DNA from: Parcubacteria group bacterium | Lineage (GTDB): Bacteria > Patescibacteriota > Minisyncoccia > Phycocordibacterales > Phycocordibacteraceae | Reading direction: 5' to 3' | Assembly: GCA_028286615.1 (NCBI GenBank) | Contig: JAQBRG010000004.1 | Coordinates: forward strand, 111,867-175,866 | Length of the DNA: 64,000 bases | In this document: piece after piece, positions 17,015-26,457 of the stretch | Position numbering within the stretch: position 1 is the first letter of the stretch | How the letters are laid out: each line of letters begins with the position of its first letter | Translations under genes and position numbers: made by a program | The notes under the pieces: model-generated | The model's input: only the letters and a program-made list of their open reading frames with translations | Told to the model about the DNA's origin: nothing | Database searches by the model: none

Positions 17015-18766
17015 ATGCAAGTATCTGAAAGCGAACTAAAAGAATTCATTCTCGATTCGGGACTCGTGTCTCGAAAGGATGTTGAAGATGCCGATGACGA
17101 GGCAAAGAAAAAGAAACAGTCTATTGGAGACATTCTTGTATCTCGCGGTACTCTTTCTCCTGACGCGCTCAGGCGTATTAAGGCATACGTGCTCGGTATT
17201 CCTTTCGTTAACCTGAAGGACAAGAAGATTCCTCTAGATGTTCTTTCCCTTATCCCTGAACCAATTGCTCGCACGCACAGTATCGTTGCGTTTAAGAAGG
17301 AAGGAGACAATCTTGAGGTTGCCATGCTTGATACCGAAGATCTTCCGGCTATAGACTCGGTACGAAAGACTACAGGACTTAAGATCCTTGCTCGCCTGAC
17401 GGATGACGAATCTCTCAAACACATTCTTCTTCAGTACCAGAAGTCTCTCAAGGAAGAATTTGGAGACCTCATAACAACAGAAGCAGGGAAGATTAACGTT
17501 ATCAAAGACGAAGAAGGGCAGGAGATTTCAGGAGACGATCTTAAGAAGATGGCAGAAGACCTGCCAATTGTGCGTATTGTTGATACGTTGCTGCGCCACG
17601 CCATTATCCAGAAGGCTTCCGACATTCATGTGGAGCATATGGAGAACGAGGTGTTGGTTCGCTACCGCATAGACGGTGTGCTACATGACGCCATGACTCT
17701 GCCACGCTCTGCAGCCGCCGGTATAACCGCACGTATAAAGGTGCTCGCGAACCTGAAGCTCGACGAGAAGCGTCTTCCGCAGGATGGACGATTCAAGATG
17801 GAGACTGAAGCCGACAAGGTCTCATTCCGTGTATCGCTTCTCCCAACCTATTACGGAGAGAAGATCGTTATGCGTCTCCTTCGCGAAACAGGAGAGGGCT
17901 TTACGCTTGATGTCCTTGGCTTCCATGGAAGTTCTCTTGAGCGCATACACCAGTCCATGAAGCAGACGACGGGTATTCTTCTCATCTCAGGACCTACTGG
18001 TTCCGGAAAGACCACAACGCTCTACACCATTCTCGATATTCTTAATACGCCCGACGTTAACATTTCAACGGTTGAAGATCCTATCGAGTACCAGATGAAG
18101 CGCGTTAACCAAACACAGGTTAATCCTGCTATTGGTTTTACATTCGCTAACGGTCTCCGTGCACTCCTTCGCCAGGACCCGAACATCATCATGGTTGGAG
18201 AGATTCGAGATAGCGAGACCGCATCGCTCGCTATTAACGCTGCTCTTACGGGACACCTCGTGCTCTCAACTATTCACACCAACTCAGCAGCCGGTGCTAT
18301 TCCTCGCCTTATGGATATGGGTGTTGAACCGTTCCTTCTCGTCTCAACCCTTCGTATGGTTATGGGACAGCGCCTTGTGCGCAGACTTTGCGATGGACAT
18401 GAGGAATATACGCTTGATAAGACAGAGCGTTCCAAGGTAGCGAGTGAAGATAAGTTTGAAGCAGCTCTTGCAGCTCTTGCTGAAGAGAAGCTTGTTAAGG
18501 CCGGAACAAAGCTAGACAATCTTCCTTTCCATAAAGCGATGCCTTCTGCTGAGTGTGAAGACGGATACGCAGGACGTATTGGTATCCATGAGATTCTTAC
18601 CGTTTCTCCTGCTATTCGCGACCTTATTCTGCACAACGCTCCACCGGATGCTATTGAAGCGCAGGCTCGCAAAGAGAATATGCTTACAATGCTTGAAGAC
18701 GGTATTTATAAAGCATCACGTGGCATTACAAGTCTTGAAGAGGTGTTGAGGGCAGTTTCGGAATAA
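17015..18766 (+). CDS. pilB: Type IV pilus assembly ATPase (GspE/PilB family)
   Basis: Walker A motif LISGPTGSGKTTTLYT, a GspE N-terminal domain, an Asp box, Walker B, and the tetracysteine-like region CDGHEEY...C. Confidence 0.9.
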   Translation: MQVSESELKEFILDSGLVSRKDVEDADDEAKKKKQSIGDILVSRGTLSPDALRRIKAYVLGIPFVNLKDKKIPLDVLSLIPEPIARTHSIVAFKKEGDNLEVAMLDTEDLPAIDSVRKTTGLKILARLTDDESLKHILLQYQKSLKEEFGDLITTEAGKINVIKDEEGQEISGDDLKKMAEDLPIVRIVDTLLRHAIIQKASDIHVEHMENEVLVRYRIDGVLHDAMTLPRSAAAGITARIKVLANLKLDEKRLPQDGRFKMETEADKVSFRVSLLPTYYGEKIVMRLLRETGEGFTLDVLGFHGSSLERIHQSMKQTTGILLISGPTGSGKTTTLYTILDILNTPDVNISTVEDPIEYQMKRVNQTQVNPAIGFTFANGLRALLRQDPNIIMVGEIRDSETASLAINAALTGHLVLSTIHTNSAAGAIPRLMDMGVEPFLLVSTLRMVMGQRLVRRLCDGHEEYTLDKTERSKVASEDKFEAALAALAEEKLVKAGTKLDNLPFHKAMPSAECEDGYAGRIGIHEILTVSPAIRDLILHNAPPDAIEAQARKENMLTMLEDGIYKASRGITSLEEVLRAVSE

Positions 18767-18840
18767 GATTGATTTAAATAACAGCTTGTGGTGTAGTCAT
18801 GGGCAGAGCCGGCTTTTCCCGGTACCAATGAGGGTTACTC

Positions 18841-19230
18841 ATGCCCGTAGAGTTCATGCCCGCCCTGAACAGGTGGATACGCAGATTCTTGTTCGCCATT
18901 GTTGTTGGAGTCGCGGTATTCATCTATATGCTGCGGTTTATGCCTGATGATTTTTTCGCTCCTACCCAGGGCAACGAGATGGTTACGGTCGTCATGGTGC
19001 CTGTTTTTGCCGCAGCGTTCGCGTTTTTGGGATATCGAAGCCCTGTTGTAACTGGCGTGGGCTGCTTGCTCTTCGCGGGAATATTTTGGGTACTTGCCTG
19101 GACTACTCCTTCGCCAGCAACAAACGAGTTTCAGGTTGCGCATGTGATAACGCTGATGTGCATTGCGGGCCCCATCTGCGCAGGTGCGTGGTTGGTCAAG
19201 GCCGGCTGGAAACTCTCTCGTGGTCGGTAA
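18841..19230 (+). CDS. Hypothetical polytopic membrane protein inserted between pilB and pilC
   Basis: 129 aa with 3-4 predicted TM helices and elevated GC. It is followed by its own terminator. Confidence 0.45.
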   Translation: MPVEFMPALNRWIRRFLFAIVVGVAVFIYMLRFMPDDFFAPTQGNEMVTVVMVPVFAAAFAFLGYRSPVVTGVGCLLFAGIFWVLAWTTPSPATNEFQVAHVITLMCIAGPICAGAWLVKAGWKLSRGR

Positions 19231-19252
19231 TTGCCATTACGTGCGCACCTTA

Positions 19253-19286
19253 ACCCGCAGCTCTTCAAACGGCTGCGGGTTTTTGC
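19253..19286 (+). terminator. Intrinsic terminator between the membrane ORF and pilC
   Basis: Hairpin ACCCGCAGC-...-GCTGCGGGT followed by TTTTGC. Confidence 0.6.
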
Positions 19287-19303
19287 ATGCTACGATTATC
19301 CCA

Positions 19304-20518
19304 ATGAAGTTCCGCGTTGTTGTTAAGAGTGCAGAAGGCAAAGAAGAGAAGCGTCTCATGGATGCTCCTAATCGTTTTGCGGTATATAGCGAGATAGAGA
19401 AGGAAGGCTCCTCGGTCGTGTCTGTTGAAGAGGGGGCTGGAAGTCTTCTTCCTAAATGGGCCACCATTTCTATTGGTGGAGGAGGCGTTAAGACTGACGA
19501 GAAGATAACTTTCACAAAGAACCTCTCGGCCATGCTTGGAGCCGGACTTACGCTTTCTCGTGCACTCTCAGTTATTCAGCGACAGGCAACGAACAAGAAC
19601 CTGAAGCGCGTAACAAATACGCTTGAGAACGAGGTTAAGAAGGGAAGCGCATTCCATGAGGCGCTCGCAATGCATCCGCACATTTTCTCAAAGCTTTTCA
19701 TAGCGATGACAAAAGCGGGCGAGGAATCAGGAACACTTGCTGACGCGCTTAAGGTTGTAGCAAAGCAAATGGAACGCTCTAACAATCTTCAAAAGAAGGT
19801 TAAGGGAGCCATGATCTACCCATCTATTATTCTCGTAGCCATTCTGGTTATCGGAGTGCTTATGATGATCTTCGTGGTGCCAACACTTTCAGCAACGTTC
19901 AAATCGCTTAACGTAGACCTTCCTAAGGCAACTCAGATAATTGTTGCGATGTCTGACTTCATGGCGAACAATGCCATTTTGGTACTCGTACTTCTAGCCG
20001 CAGGTATTGGAGGATTCATTCTTTTCCTCAAGACCAAGATAGGAGGGACTATAACGCTCGCTATTTCGCTTCGCATTCCTGTTATTGGAGAGCTGGTACG
20101 CGAGACTATGAGCGCACGCGCAGCGCGCGCTATGTCCTCGCTTCTTTCTTCAGGAGTTGAAATGCTCTCAGCTCTCTCAATTGCAGGAGAGGTTGTTGGA
20201 GAGAATACGTTTGGAAAGGTTATTAAAGAAGCAGAAGAACGTGTACGTAAAGGAGAATCTCTATCTGCAGCGTTTGAAGCGCACAACAAGCTCTATCCTA
20301 TTTTCGTATCTGAGATGATTACGGTTGGAGAGGAGACAGGAAAGGTTGCAGACATGCTTGGGCAGGTTGCCGAGTATTATGAAAGCGATGTGGAGGAGCG
20401 AACAAAAGACCTCTCAACTATTATCGAACCGGTTCTCATGCTCGTTATCGGAGGATTCGTAGGAATCTTCGCTATCTCAATGATTTCTCCTATCTACTCG
20501 TTGTCTGACAAGATTTAG
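19304..20518 (+). CDS. pilC: Type IV pilus assembly platform protein (GspF/PilC family)
   Basis: Two GspF repeats with TM segments. It follows pilB as expected. The start was taken at MKFRVV. Confidence 0.85.
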   Translation: MKFRVVVKSAEGKEEKRLMDAPNRFAVYSEIEKEGSSVVSVEEGAGSLLPKWATISIGGGGVKTDEKITFTKNLSAMLGAGLTLSRALSVIQRQATNKNLKRVTNTLENEVKKGSAFHEALAMHPHIFSKLFIAMTKAGEESGTLADALKVVAKQMERSNNLQKKVKGAMIYPSIILVAILVIGVLMMIFVVPTLSATFKSLNVDLPKATQIIVAMSDFMANNAILVLVLLAAGIGGFILFLKTKIGGTITLAISLRIPVIGELVRETMSARAARAMSSLLSSGVEMLSALSIAGEVVGENTFGKVIKEAEERVRKGESLSAAFEAHNKLYPIFVSEMITVGEETGKVADMLGQVAEYYESDVEERTKDLSTIIEPVLMLVIGGFVGIFAISMISPIYSLSDKI

Positions 20519-20608
20519 TTCGATACCTAGTCTGCAAGCAAAGCTGGTCGCAGGCTTAATCCAGTCTCACGAAATATGGTATACCTTCTTCAGAAGAAGG
20601 AGCGTTAA

Positions 20609-20803
20609 ATGAAGAGACATCTTGCAACTCGTGAATCTATCGCGAAGCTACAGGAGGCTCGCAAGAAGCGTGTGTCCCAAGCCCTGGCCAAGAAAGGGAA
20701 CGAAAACGGGCTTTCTAAGGCACAGGTCCACCAAGCCGTTATGTCTATATCCAAGTCTGGATATAGGGTGCCGGCAAAACTTGTGCCCAAAGTCCCCTCC
20801 TAG
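20609..20803 (+). CDS. Hypothetical small basic protein
   Basis: 64 aa, with a GAAGGAG Shine-Dalgarno site 8 nt upstream of the ATG. Confidence 0.35.
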   Translation: MKRHLATRESIAKLQEARKKRVSQALAKKGNENGLSKAQVHQAVMSISKSGYRVPAKLVPKVPS

Positions 20804-20927
20804 GAGGGGACTTTCAGATTCTAGGATTAAGAAAAAGTTCCCAACATCGTCCCAGACAGCAATAGTATTTGATATTGGTGTATCCTCGTGGTTCACTAAC
20901 CGGCAGGTGGCAGTAAGGAGAATAAAA

Positions 20928-21170
20928 ATGGTCGATTGGTGTAAGCCGATCCGGTTCGAAAATGGCGAGCCATGCGAGCTGCAAAGAACGAATCCTGACG
21001 GATGGAAACAGTGGGGTACCCGTGAAGACGGCGCCTATCCAACTCGAGAAATCCACCGGCTTGGCATAGACGAATCAACGCTCGGTGGAGCAATGTCTGC
21101 TCATTGGTTCGTGCATGAAGACGGGGAAATACACTGGCCAGGCTATAACGTCGTGAATATTCCTGAGTAG
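20928..21170 (+). CDS. Hypothetical small protein
   Basis: 81 aa (MVDWCKPIRF...), with an AGGAG Shine-Dalgarno site upstream and a terminator downstream. Confidence 0.4.
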   Translation: MVDWCKPIRFENGEPCELQRTNPDGWKQWGTREDGAYPTREIHRLGIDESTLGGAMSAHWFVHEDGEIHWPGYNVVNIPE

Positions 21171-21180
21171 AACAAGTGGC

Positions 21181-21216
21181 GCCGCCCTAGACTTCGATGA
21201 CTAGGGCGGCTTTACA
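21181..21216 (+). terminator. Intrinsic terminator
   Basis: Hairpin GCCGCCCTAG-...-CTAGGGCGGC followed by TTTACAT. Confidence 0.55.
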
Positions 21217-21266
21217 TACAAAACTTTCAAGATTGCCCTGAGCTCTCCGAGGTATAATGTTCCTAT

Positions 21267-21605
21267 ATGAAATACTTTGTCACATACCAAATGCCGCATA
21301 CAGGGTTAGATGAGTGGATGAAAATGCCAGAAGATGAACGAAAAGCCCAAGAGGTCCAGATGCAGTCCGATTGGAATACTTGGATGGCAGATCATAAAGA
21401 CGTGGTTACTGAAACTGCAGGTGTTGGAAAGCCTAAGCGCATAACTTCAACAGGAGTAGAAGATGCACGTAACGATTTAATGATGTACTCGTTTGTAGAG
21501 GCAGAATCAATCGAGGCAGCTGCAGAAATGTTTAAGAACCATCCGCACTTCGGTATCCCAGGAGCATGGATTGAGGTTATGTCAGTAAACAAGAACATAA
21601 ATTAA
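21267..21605 (+). CDS. Hypothetical protein
   Basis: ORF of 112 aa followed by a strong bidirectional terminator. Confidence 0.5.
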   Translation: MKYFVTYQMPHTGLDEWMKMPEDERKAQEVQMQSDWNTWMADHKDVVTETAGVGKPKRITSTGVEDARNDLMMYSFVEAESIEAAAEMFKNHPHFGIPGAWIEVMSVNKNIN

Positions 21606-21616
21606 ATTCAACCTTA

Positions 21617-21660
21617 GCTATGTAAAAAGCACGCCATCGATGGCGTGCTTTTTACATAGC
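21617..21660. terminator. Bidirectional intrinsic terminator (44-bp palindrome)
   Basis: GCTATGTAAAAAGCACGCCATCGATGGCGTGCTTTTTACATAGC: a GC stem flanked by A5 and T5 tracts. Confidence 0.75.
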
Positions 21661-21673
21661 TAACAGAACTTAT

Positions 21674-22114
21674 TTATTGTGCAGATGCCCCAGCCTGCAC
21701 GTTAACTGAAAGCTTCTTGATGAGGTTTGAGAGGGTGTCGAGGAAGTTTCCTGTTCCTGCACGTGCCTGTGCCTCAAACTCGTCAAAGTTAGCGCTGATA
21801 GCAGCCCACTCCTGCTTGCCTGCTTCATCAGCATTTTCATATGAAGCAGCAAGGCGTGCGCGAACCGCAGCATACTGGTCCTTCAAAGAGTCATACGTTT
21901 CCCCAGCTTGTTCTCGTGCGCGAAGCGCAGTGAGGTCTGCCACTGCCTGAGCACGGACTGCGGTGCGATCCATAGCCTGCGCAGTTGTTGTTGCAGCTTG
22001 CTGAGTATTATTTACTGCCTTATCAGCGGCCCCTCGCCCAAAGGCAAGAAATGCTAGAAGCAAAAGTATGACCACGCCCACTACAATCCATACGTTCTTG
22101 TTAGTACTGTCCAT
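21674..22114 (-). CDS. Hypothetical membrane-anchored Ala/Gln-rich protein
   Basis: 146 aa with an N-terminal TM helix (VWIVVGVVILLLLAFLAF) and a coiled-coil-like remainder. Confidence 0.45.
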   Translation of the reverse strand: MDSTNKNVWIVVGVVILLLLAFLAFGRGAADKAVNNTQQAATTTAQAMDRTAVRAQAVADLTALRAREQAGETYDSLKDQYAAVRARLAASYENADEAGKQEWAAISANFDEFEAQARAGTGNFLDTLSNLIKKLSVNVQAGASAQ

Positions 22115-22217
22115 ATCTTTGTATTTTTAATTAAGGTGTTCGACTACCTTACGACTAGGAACGTGTTGATTTCATGAAAGGGAATAGAGTCCGAGCAATG
22201 CGGTATCATACCTATAT

Positions 22218-23930
22218 ATGAAGCCCATGCGCGGCCTGTCCCTTATTGATGTGCTTGTAGGCACCGCTCTTTCTGTTGTTATATTTCTCGCACTCTTCGG
22301 ACTTCTTCGCGCTTCACTTCTCGTTTCTTCTCTCGCAAAAGCAAAAGCAGGCGCTACCGCTGTTGCAGACAGCCAGATGGAATATATTCGCTCTCTTGAT
22401 TACGACTCCGTTGGTGTTGCAGGAGGTATTCCAGCAGGAACCATCCCTCAGTACGCAACAACAACGCTCAACAGTATCCCGTACGGTGTTCGTACTCTCA
22501 TTGAATATTATGACGACGCTAAAGACGGTCTTGGGGCCAGCGACTCTAACGGCATCACAACCGATTACCGACGTATAAAGATAGCCATAACGTATTACGT
22601 GCGCGGGAAGCAGTATGAGGTTGATGTGATATCGAACTACGCACCTCCTTCCATAGAGACAACCGTTAACGGGGGAACTCTCAAGGTTGCGGTTGTGAAC
22701 GCGTCGGGTGTCGCGGTGTCTGGAGCTTCGGTTCGTGTGCAGAACACTAGTACTTCTCCAACGATCGACTTCACCACCTTCTCCGATATAACGGGCAGCA
22801 TCTCTCTTCCGGGCGCACCTACGTCAACGCAGTACCAGATTGCTGTTAGCAAGGCGGGATACTCAAGTGCACAAACATACGCGCGTGATGCAACTAATCA
22901 GAATCCAAACCCTGGATACTTCACCGTTGCAAAGAACCAGACAACAACAGGAACTTTTGCCATAGATCTCCTCTCCTCTCTTACGCTTCGTACGTTCTTG
23001 CCTATAGCTACCGGCACCTCAACTGATTCGTTCCCAAACAGCTCGAACCTCAGCAGCATGAGCAACACGGTAGTTTCTACAGGCGCCGTCGCACTAAGCT
23101 CAGTTGTTGGTGTATACAGCACTTCTGGCACTGCAGTTTCAACCACGACAGCTCCAACCTATCTCGCATCTTGGACTAGTGCTTCAGCAACTGAGTCAAA
23201 GCCAGCAAGTACGGACATACTGGTGCGTGTAGTTGATAGCTCGGGCACACCGCTCTCTGAGACTGATCTCCCGGGTAACAGCGCAGGCTTTACGACATTC
23301 CCTATAAACCTCTCAACTGTTTCAACAACTACGTACCCTAGCCTAGCTCTCTCAGCCACGCTTACAACTTCAGACACAACAGTTACGCCCCAGCTACAAG
23401 ACTGGGCGCTTGTATACAAGGCAGGACCGACGCCAGTTCCAAACGTTGCGTTCACGCTTACCGGCGCCAAAACAACTGGTTCAACAGGAGCGGGAGCTGC
23501 TATATACAAGACCAACGTTTCGAACACTACAGATTCAACAGGAAGCCGAACTATGAGTCTTGAGTGGGACTCATACAAGTTAGGGCTTACGAGCAACGAT
23601 GTTATTGATGCCTGCACTCCTCCTCCATACGCGCTTACGCCTGGAGTTTCTTACGACCAGTCTCTCTATCTGGGTACGGCAACAACGAACCGTGCGCTTA
23701 TCTCGGTACGTGACAATGCAGGTAACGTAGTGCCAGGAGCCTCAGTTACACTCGCGCGTACTGGCTTTACGCAGACCGTAACCACATCTAACTGCGGCAC
23801 GGCGTACTTCGGAGGGGTTACAAGTGCTACCAACTACACCGTTACCATTTCAAAGTCCGGCTATACTACCTCTACATACACCAATGTCTCAGTATCCGGA
23901 CAAACTTTCTATGCAGCATCATTCCCGTAG
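22218..23930 (+). CDS. Large PilV-like minor pilin/pilus tip protein with a Thr/Ser-rich repetitive C-terminal region
   Basis: The N-terminus MRGLSLIDVLVGTALSVVIF is a prepilin-type class III signal (G-[FL]-[ST]-L-I-[DE]). The protein is 570 aa, very rich in T/S/N, and carries many N-x-T/S sequons. Confidence 0.6.
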   Translation: MKPMRGLSLIDVLVGTALSVVIFLALFGLLRASLLVSSLAKAKAGATAVADSQMEYIRSLDYDSVGVAGGIPAGTIPQYATTTLNSIPYGVRTLIEYYDDAKDGLGASDSNGITTDYRRIKIAITYYVRGKQYEVDVISNYAPPSIETTVNGGTLKVAVVNASGVAVSGASVRVQNTSTSPTIDFTTFSDITGSISLPGAPTSTQYQIAVSKAGYSSAQTYARDATNQNPNPGYFTVAKNQTTTGTFAIDLLSSLTLRTFLPIATGTSTDSFPNSSNLSSMSNTVVSTGAVALSSVVGVYSTSGTAVSTTTAPTYLASWTSASATESKPASTDILVRVVDSSGTPLSETDLPGNSAGFTTFPINLSTVSTTTYPSLALSATLTTSDTTVTPQLQDWALVYKAGPTPVPNVAFTLTGAKTTGSTGAGAAIYKTNVSNTTDSTGSRTMSLEWDSYKLGLTSNDVIDACTPPPYALTPGVSYDQSLYLGTATTNRALISVRDNAGNVVPGASVTLARTGFTQTVTTSNCGTAYFGGVTSATNYTVTISKSGYTTSTYTNVSVSGQTFYAASFP

Positions 23931-24507
23931 AGCGTTCTCGCTAGCCGAGACAGTTGTGGTTGTTGCTATTACCTCTGTAGTTGGCATAGCTATCACTGGA
24001 TCTATAGCGTACTTCTATAAAGCGAATGCATTCGTATTGCAGCAGGTTAGTTCTATTGATAGTGCGCACCGCGGTCTCGACATCTCTTTCCGCAACCTGC
24101 GAGAAGCTTCGTATGGAGACGACGGTTCGTATCCAATTGCGAGCGTTGCAACCTCCTCGATTATTTTCTTCAGCGATGTTGATAACGACGGGGTAGTGGA
24201 GAAGATTCGTCTGTATCTTCTTAACGGTACTTTATACCGCACGGTAGCTAATTCGGCCGGCAGCCCGCCTTCATACGTAGGACAGACAGAGGCTACCAGT
24301 ACAATCGCCACAACCGTGGTGAACTCAGCATCGACACCAATATTCAGGTACTACAACTCTGCGGGCACCGAACTAACGGGCACTATCAATCTTTCGCAGA
24401 TAACCTCAATTGAGACGCGTCTCGATGTGGACCTTAACCCGCTTCGTGCGCCGGACCTCTTCACGCTTAAGGCTTCAGCAACACTTCGCAACCTGCGGAC
24501 GCAGTAA
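23911..24507 (+). CDS. Prepilin-type N-terminal cleavage/methylation domain protein (PilW/FimT-like minor pilin)
   Basis: RRAFSLAETVVVVAITSVVGIAI is a prepilin leader followed by a hydrophobic helix. It overlaps the upstream gene by 20 nt. Confidence 0.6.
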   Translation: MQHHSRRAFSLAETVVVVAITSVVGIAITGSIAYFYKANAFVLQQVSSIDSAHRGLDISFRNLREASYGDDGSYPIASVATSSIIFFSDVDNDGVVEKIRLYLLNGTLYRTVANSAGSPPSYVGQTEATSTIATTVVNSASTPIFRYYNSAGTELTGTINLSQITSIETRLDVDLNPLRAPDLFTLKASATLRNLRTQ

Positions 24508-24516
24508 TATAGAGAT

Positions 24517-25932
24517 ATGAAAAAAGCACCACGCGGATACCTCATGCTTCTCGCACTCGTGTTCGGTGCCATATTCCTTTTGGTACTCGGGGCGCTCTCG
24601 AGCTTTGTGCTCTCTGAAAACAAGCTGCAGTCTAGTGCAACAGCAAAGTCTCGAGGCCTCGCTATTGCTGAAGCCGGACTCGAATACTATCGATGGTTCT
24701 TGGCGCACAACCCAAACGACGTGCAGAACGGGACAGGCGTAGCTGGACCATATGTTATTCCCTACAACGATCCAGAGGGAGGAGAGACCGGCAGTATTTC
24801 TCTAGCCGTAACCGCAAACACTTCTTGCGGACTGACCACCTCAATAGATATTCGTTCAACGGGTACACCTTCTGAAAACGTTAACGCAAAACGTACTATC
24901 GCAGCTCGTTACGCACGTCCAACTGTTGCGCAGTACTCCTATATATTGAACGACAGCGTATGGGCAGGTTCAGATCGTGTTATTAGCGGACCGTATCACA
25001 GCAATGGAGGAGTGCGCATGGACGGCACCGCGAATTCTTCGGTAAGCAGCTCGCTTTCGACATGGCTCTGCACCTCGTCCTTCGGCTGTTCTTCTAACCA
25101 GACCAAAGCAGGAGTGTGGGGAGCAGGTACTAACCAGACACTTTGGAGCTACCCAACGCCACAAGTAGACTTCGCAGCTATCTCTGCCAACTTTGCTACG
25201 CTTAAAACAACCGCAACCGCGCAAGGATTGTATTTTCCTCGTTACAGTTCAGGCACAAGCGGCGTCTCTGCTAACAAGGGCTACCATCTTATTTTCAATA
25301 GCAACGGAACGGTTACGGTGTACCGTGTTTCAAACGAATACGTAACCGACATTCGAGCAGCGGTAGATGGTTCGGATGACACATCAGACTACGCTCGTAT
25401 AAAGACGGAAGCGCTCTACAACACATACACCATTCCTGCGAACTGCGGACTTATCTACATAGAGGACAATGTATGGGTTGAAGGCACGCTTAACAGCAAG
25501 GTTACGGTTGTTGCAGCAAATACTATTACTACGGGCGTGGCGCCAAACGCATACCTTCCAGACAACATTTCCTATGTAGCTACTGACGGAACCGACGGCC
25601 TCGCACTTATCGCTGAGAACAACATCCTTGTTACGCCCGACTCTCCTTCAACGATGAGCGTAAAGGGAATCTTTATTGCCCAGGACGGTGCCTTTGGACG
25701 CAATCTCTACGACTGCCCATCAAGCTTTGAGCCAAAAGGAACCCTCACCATCACTGGTACTACCGTTTCAAACAAGCGTACTGGTACGAAATGGGTAAAT
25801 GGATGCGGATCAAGTGACGGGGGCTACCAGACACGTATCGATACCTATGACCGTAAGCTTTCAACAGATCCTCCAGCATTTACGCCTTACACTAGTACCG
25901 ACTACAGCTTCGTTGAGTGGAAAGAGGAATAG
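24517..25932 (+). CDS. PilX-like type IV pilus assembly/minor pilin protein
   Basis: The N-terminus GYLMLLALVFGAIFLLVLGALSSFVLSENKLQSS resembles the PilX_N domain. It is followed by a large Thr/Ser/Gly-rich domain. Confidence 0.55.
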   Translation: MKKAPRGYLMLLALVFGAIFLLVLGALSSFVLSENKLQSSATAKSRGLAIAEAGLEYYRWFLAHNPNDVQNGTGVAGPYVIPYNDPEGGETGSISLAVTANTSCGLTTSIDIRSTGTPSENVNAKRTIAARYARPTVAQYSYILNDSVWAGSDRVISGPYHSNGGVRMDGTANSSVSSSLSTWLCTSSFGCSSNQTKAGVWGAGTNQTLWSYPTPQVDFAAISANFATLKTTATAQGLYFPRYSSGTSGVSANKGYHLIFNSNGTVTVYRVSNEYVTDIRAAVDGSDDTSDYARIKTEALYNTYTIPANCGLIYIEDNVWVEGTLNSKVTVVAANTITTGVAPNAYLPDNISYVATDGTDGLALIAENNILVTPDSPSTMSVKGIFIAQDGAFGRNLYDCPSSFEPKGTLTITGTTVSNKRTGTKWVNGCGSSDGGYQTRIDTYDRKLSTDPPAFTPYTSTDYSFVEWKEE

Positions 25933-25979
25933 ATACTTGCAGATTAAAGAAGGTTAGTGCGTAATGGGGGAAGACGTTA

Positions 25980-26384
25980 ATGTCATCACATATTGTTCAA
26001 GAGGGTGCGATGAGTGGAGCTTTAAACAGGCCCCTGACTGGGATTGAAGCTGCGCGTGCTGAGCTTCAGGCAAGTCAAATAGAAAGAGAACTTCGAAAGC
26101 TGCTTTTATCCATTCCGCAATTGCACGTAACTTCGCATGTCCAGGTGCGAAATCTGATGTTGGTAACCAAGCAAACGCCAGCAGAAGATTTTCAAAGAAA
26201 CGCGGTTTCGGTTGAGATACGCTCAAATGTATCTGCATCCCCGCTAGTTCGAGTTATCTGCAAATACGATGGCTGGCTGTACTGTCTCATTCGCGGCAAG
26301 ACCGCGTGGAGAGAATCAGCCACCCATCAAGCTTCAGTGTTCGACAAAATCAAACAGATCCTTGTGGAGAAGCTCCATACTTGA
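25980..26384 (+). CDS. Hypothetical protein
   Basis: ORF of 134 aa. A competing 94-aa ORF lies on the minus strand. Weak support. Confidence 0.3.
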   Translation: MSSHIVQEGAMSGALNRPLTGIEAARAELQASQIERELRKLLLSIPQLHVTSHVQVRNLMLVTKQTPAEDFQRNAVSVEIRSNVSASPLVRVICKYDGWLYCLIRGKTAWRESATHQASVFDKIKQILVEKLHT

Positions 26385-26457
26385 GGAAACCTTAGAGGAG
26401 GCGGCCAACACAGCCGTCTCTTTCTGTATGTAGCCCCCAGCCTGCTATCATACGAGT

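Noticed and set aside
16108-17028. 306-aa Arg/Gly/Pro-rich ORF in an alternative + frame, and a 270-aa ORF at 16067-16879 on the minus strand
   Set aside because: The composition (R, G, P and H repeats) is typical of out-of-frame translation of high-GC DNA. The in-frame 16094 ORF has a Shine-Dalgarno site and an N-terminal TM helix.
20941-20960. CCGGTTCGAAAATGG, a T-arm-like sequence that might indicate a tRNA
   Set aside because: It lies inside a coding ORF, no acceptor or anticodon stems could be built around it, and no cloverleaf was found.
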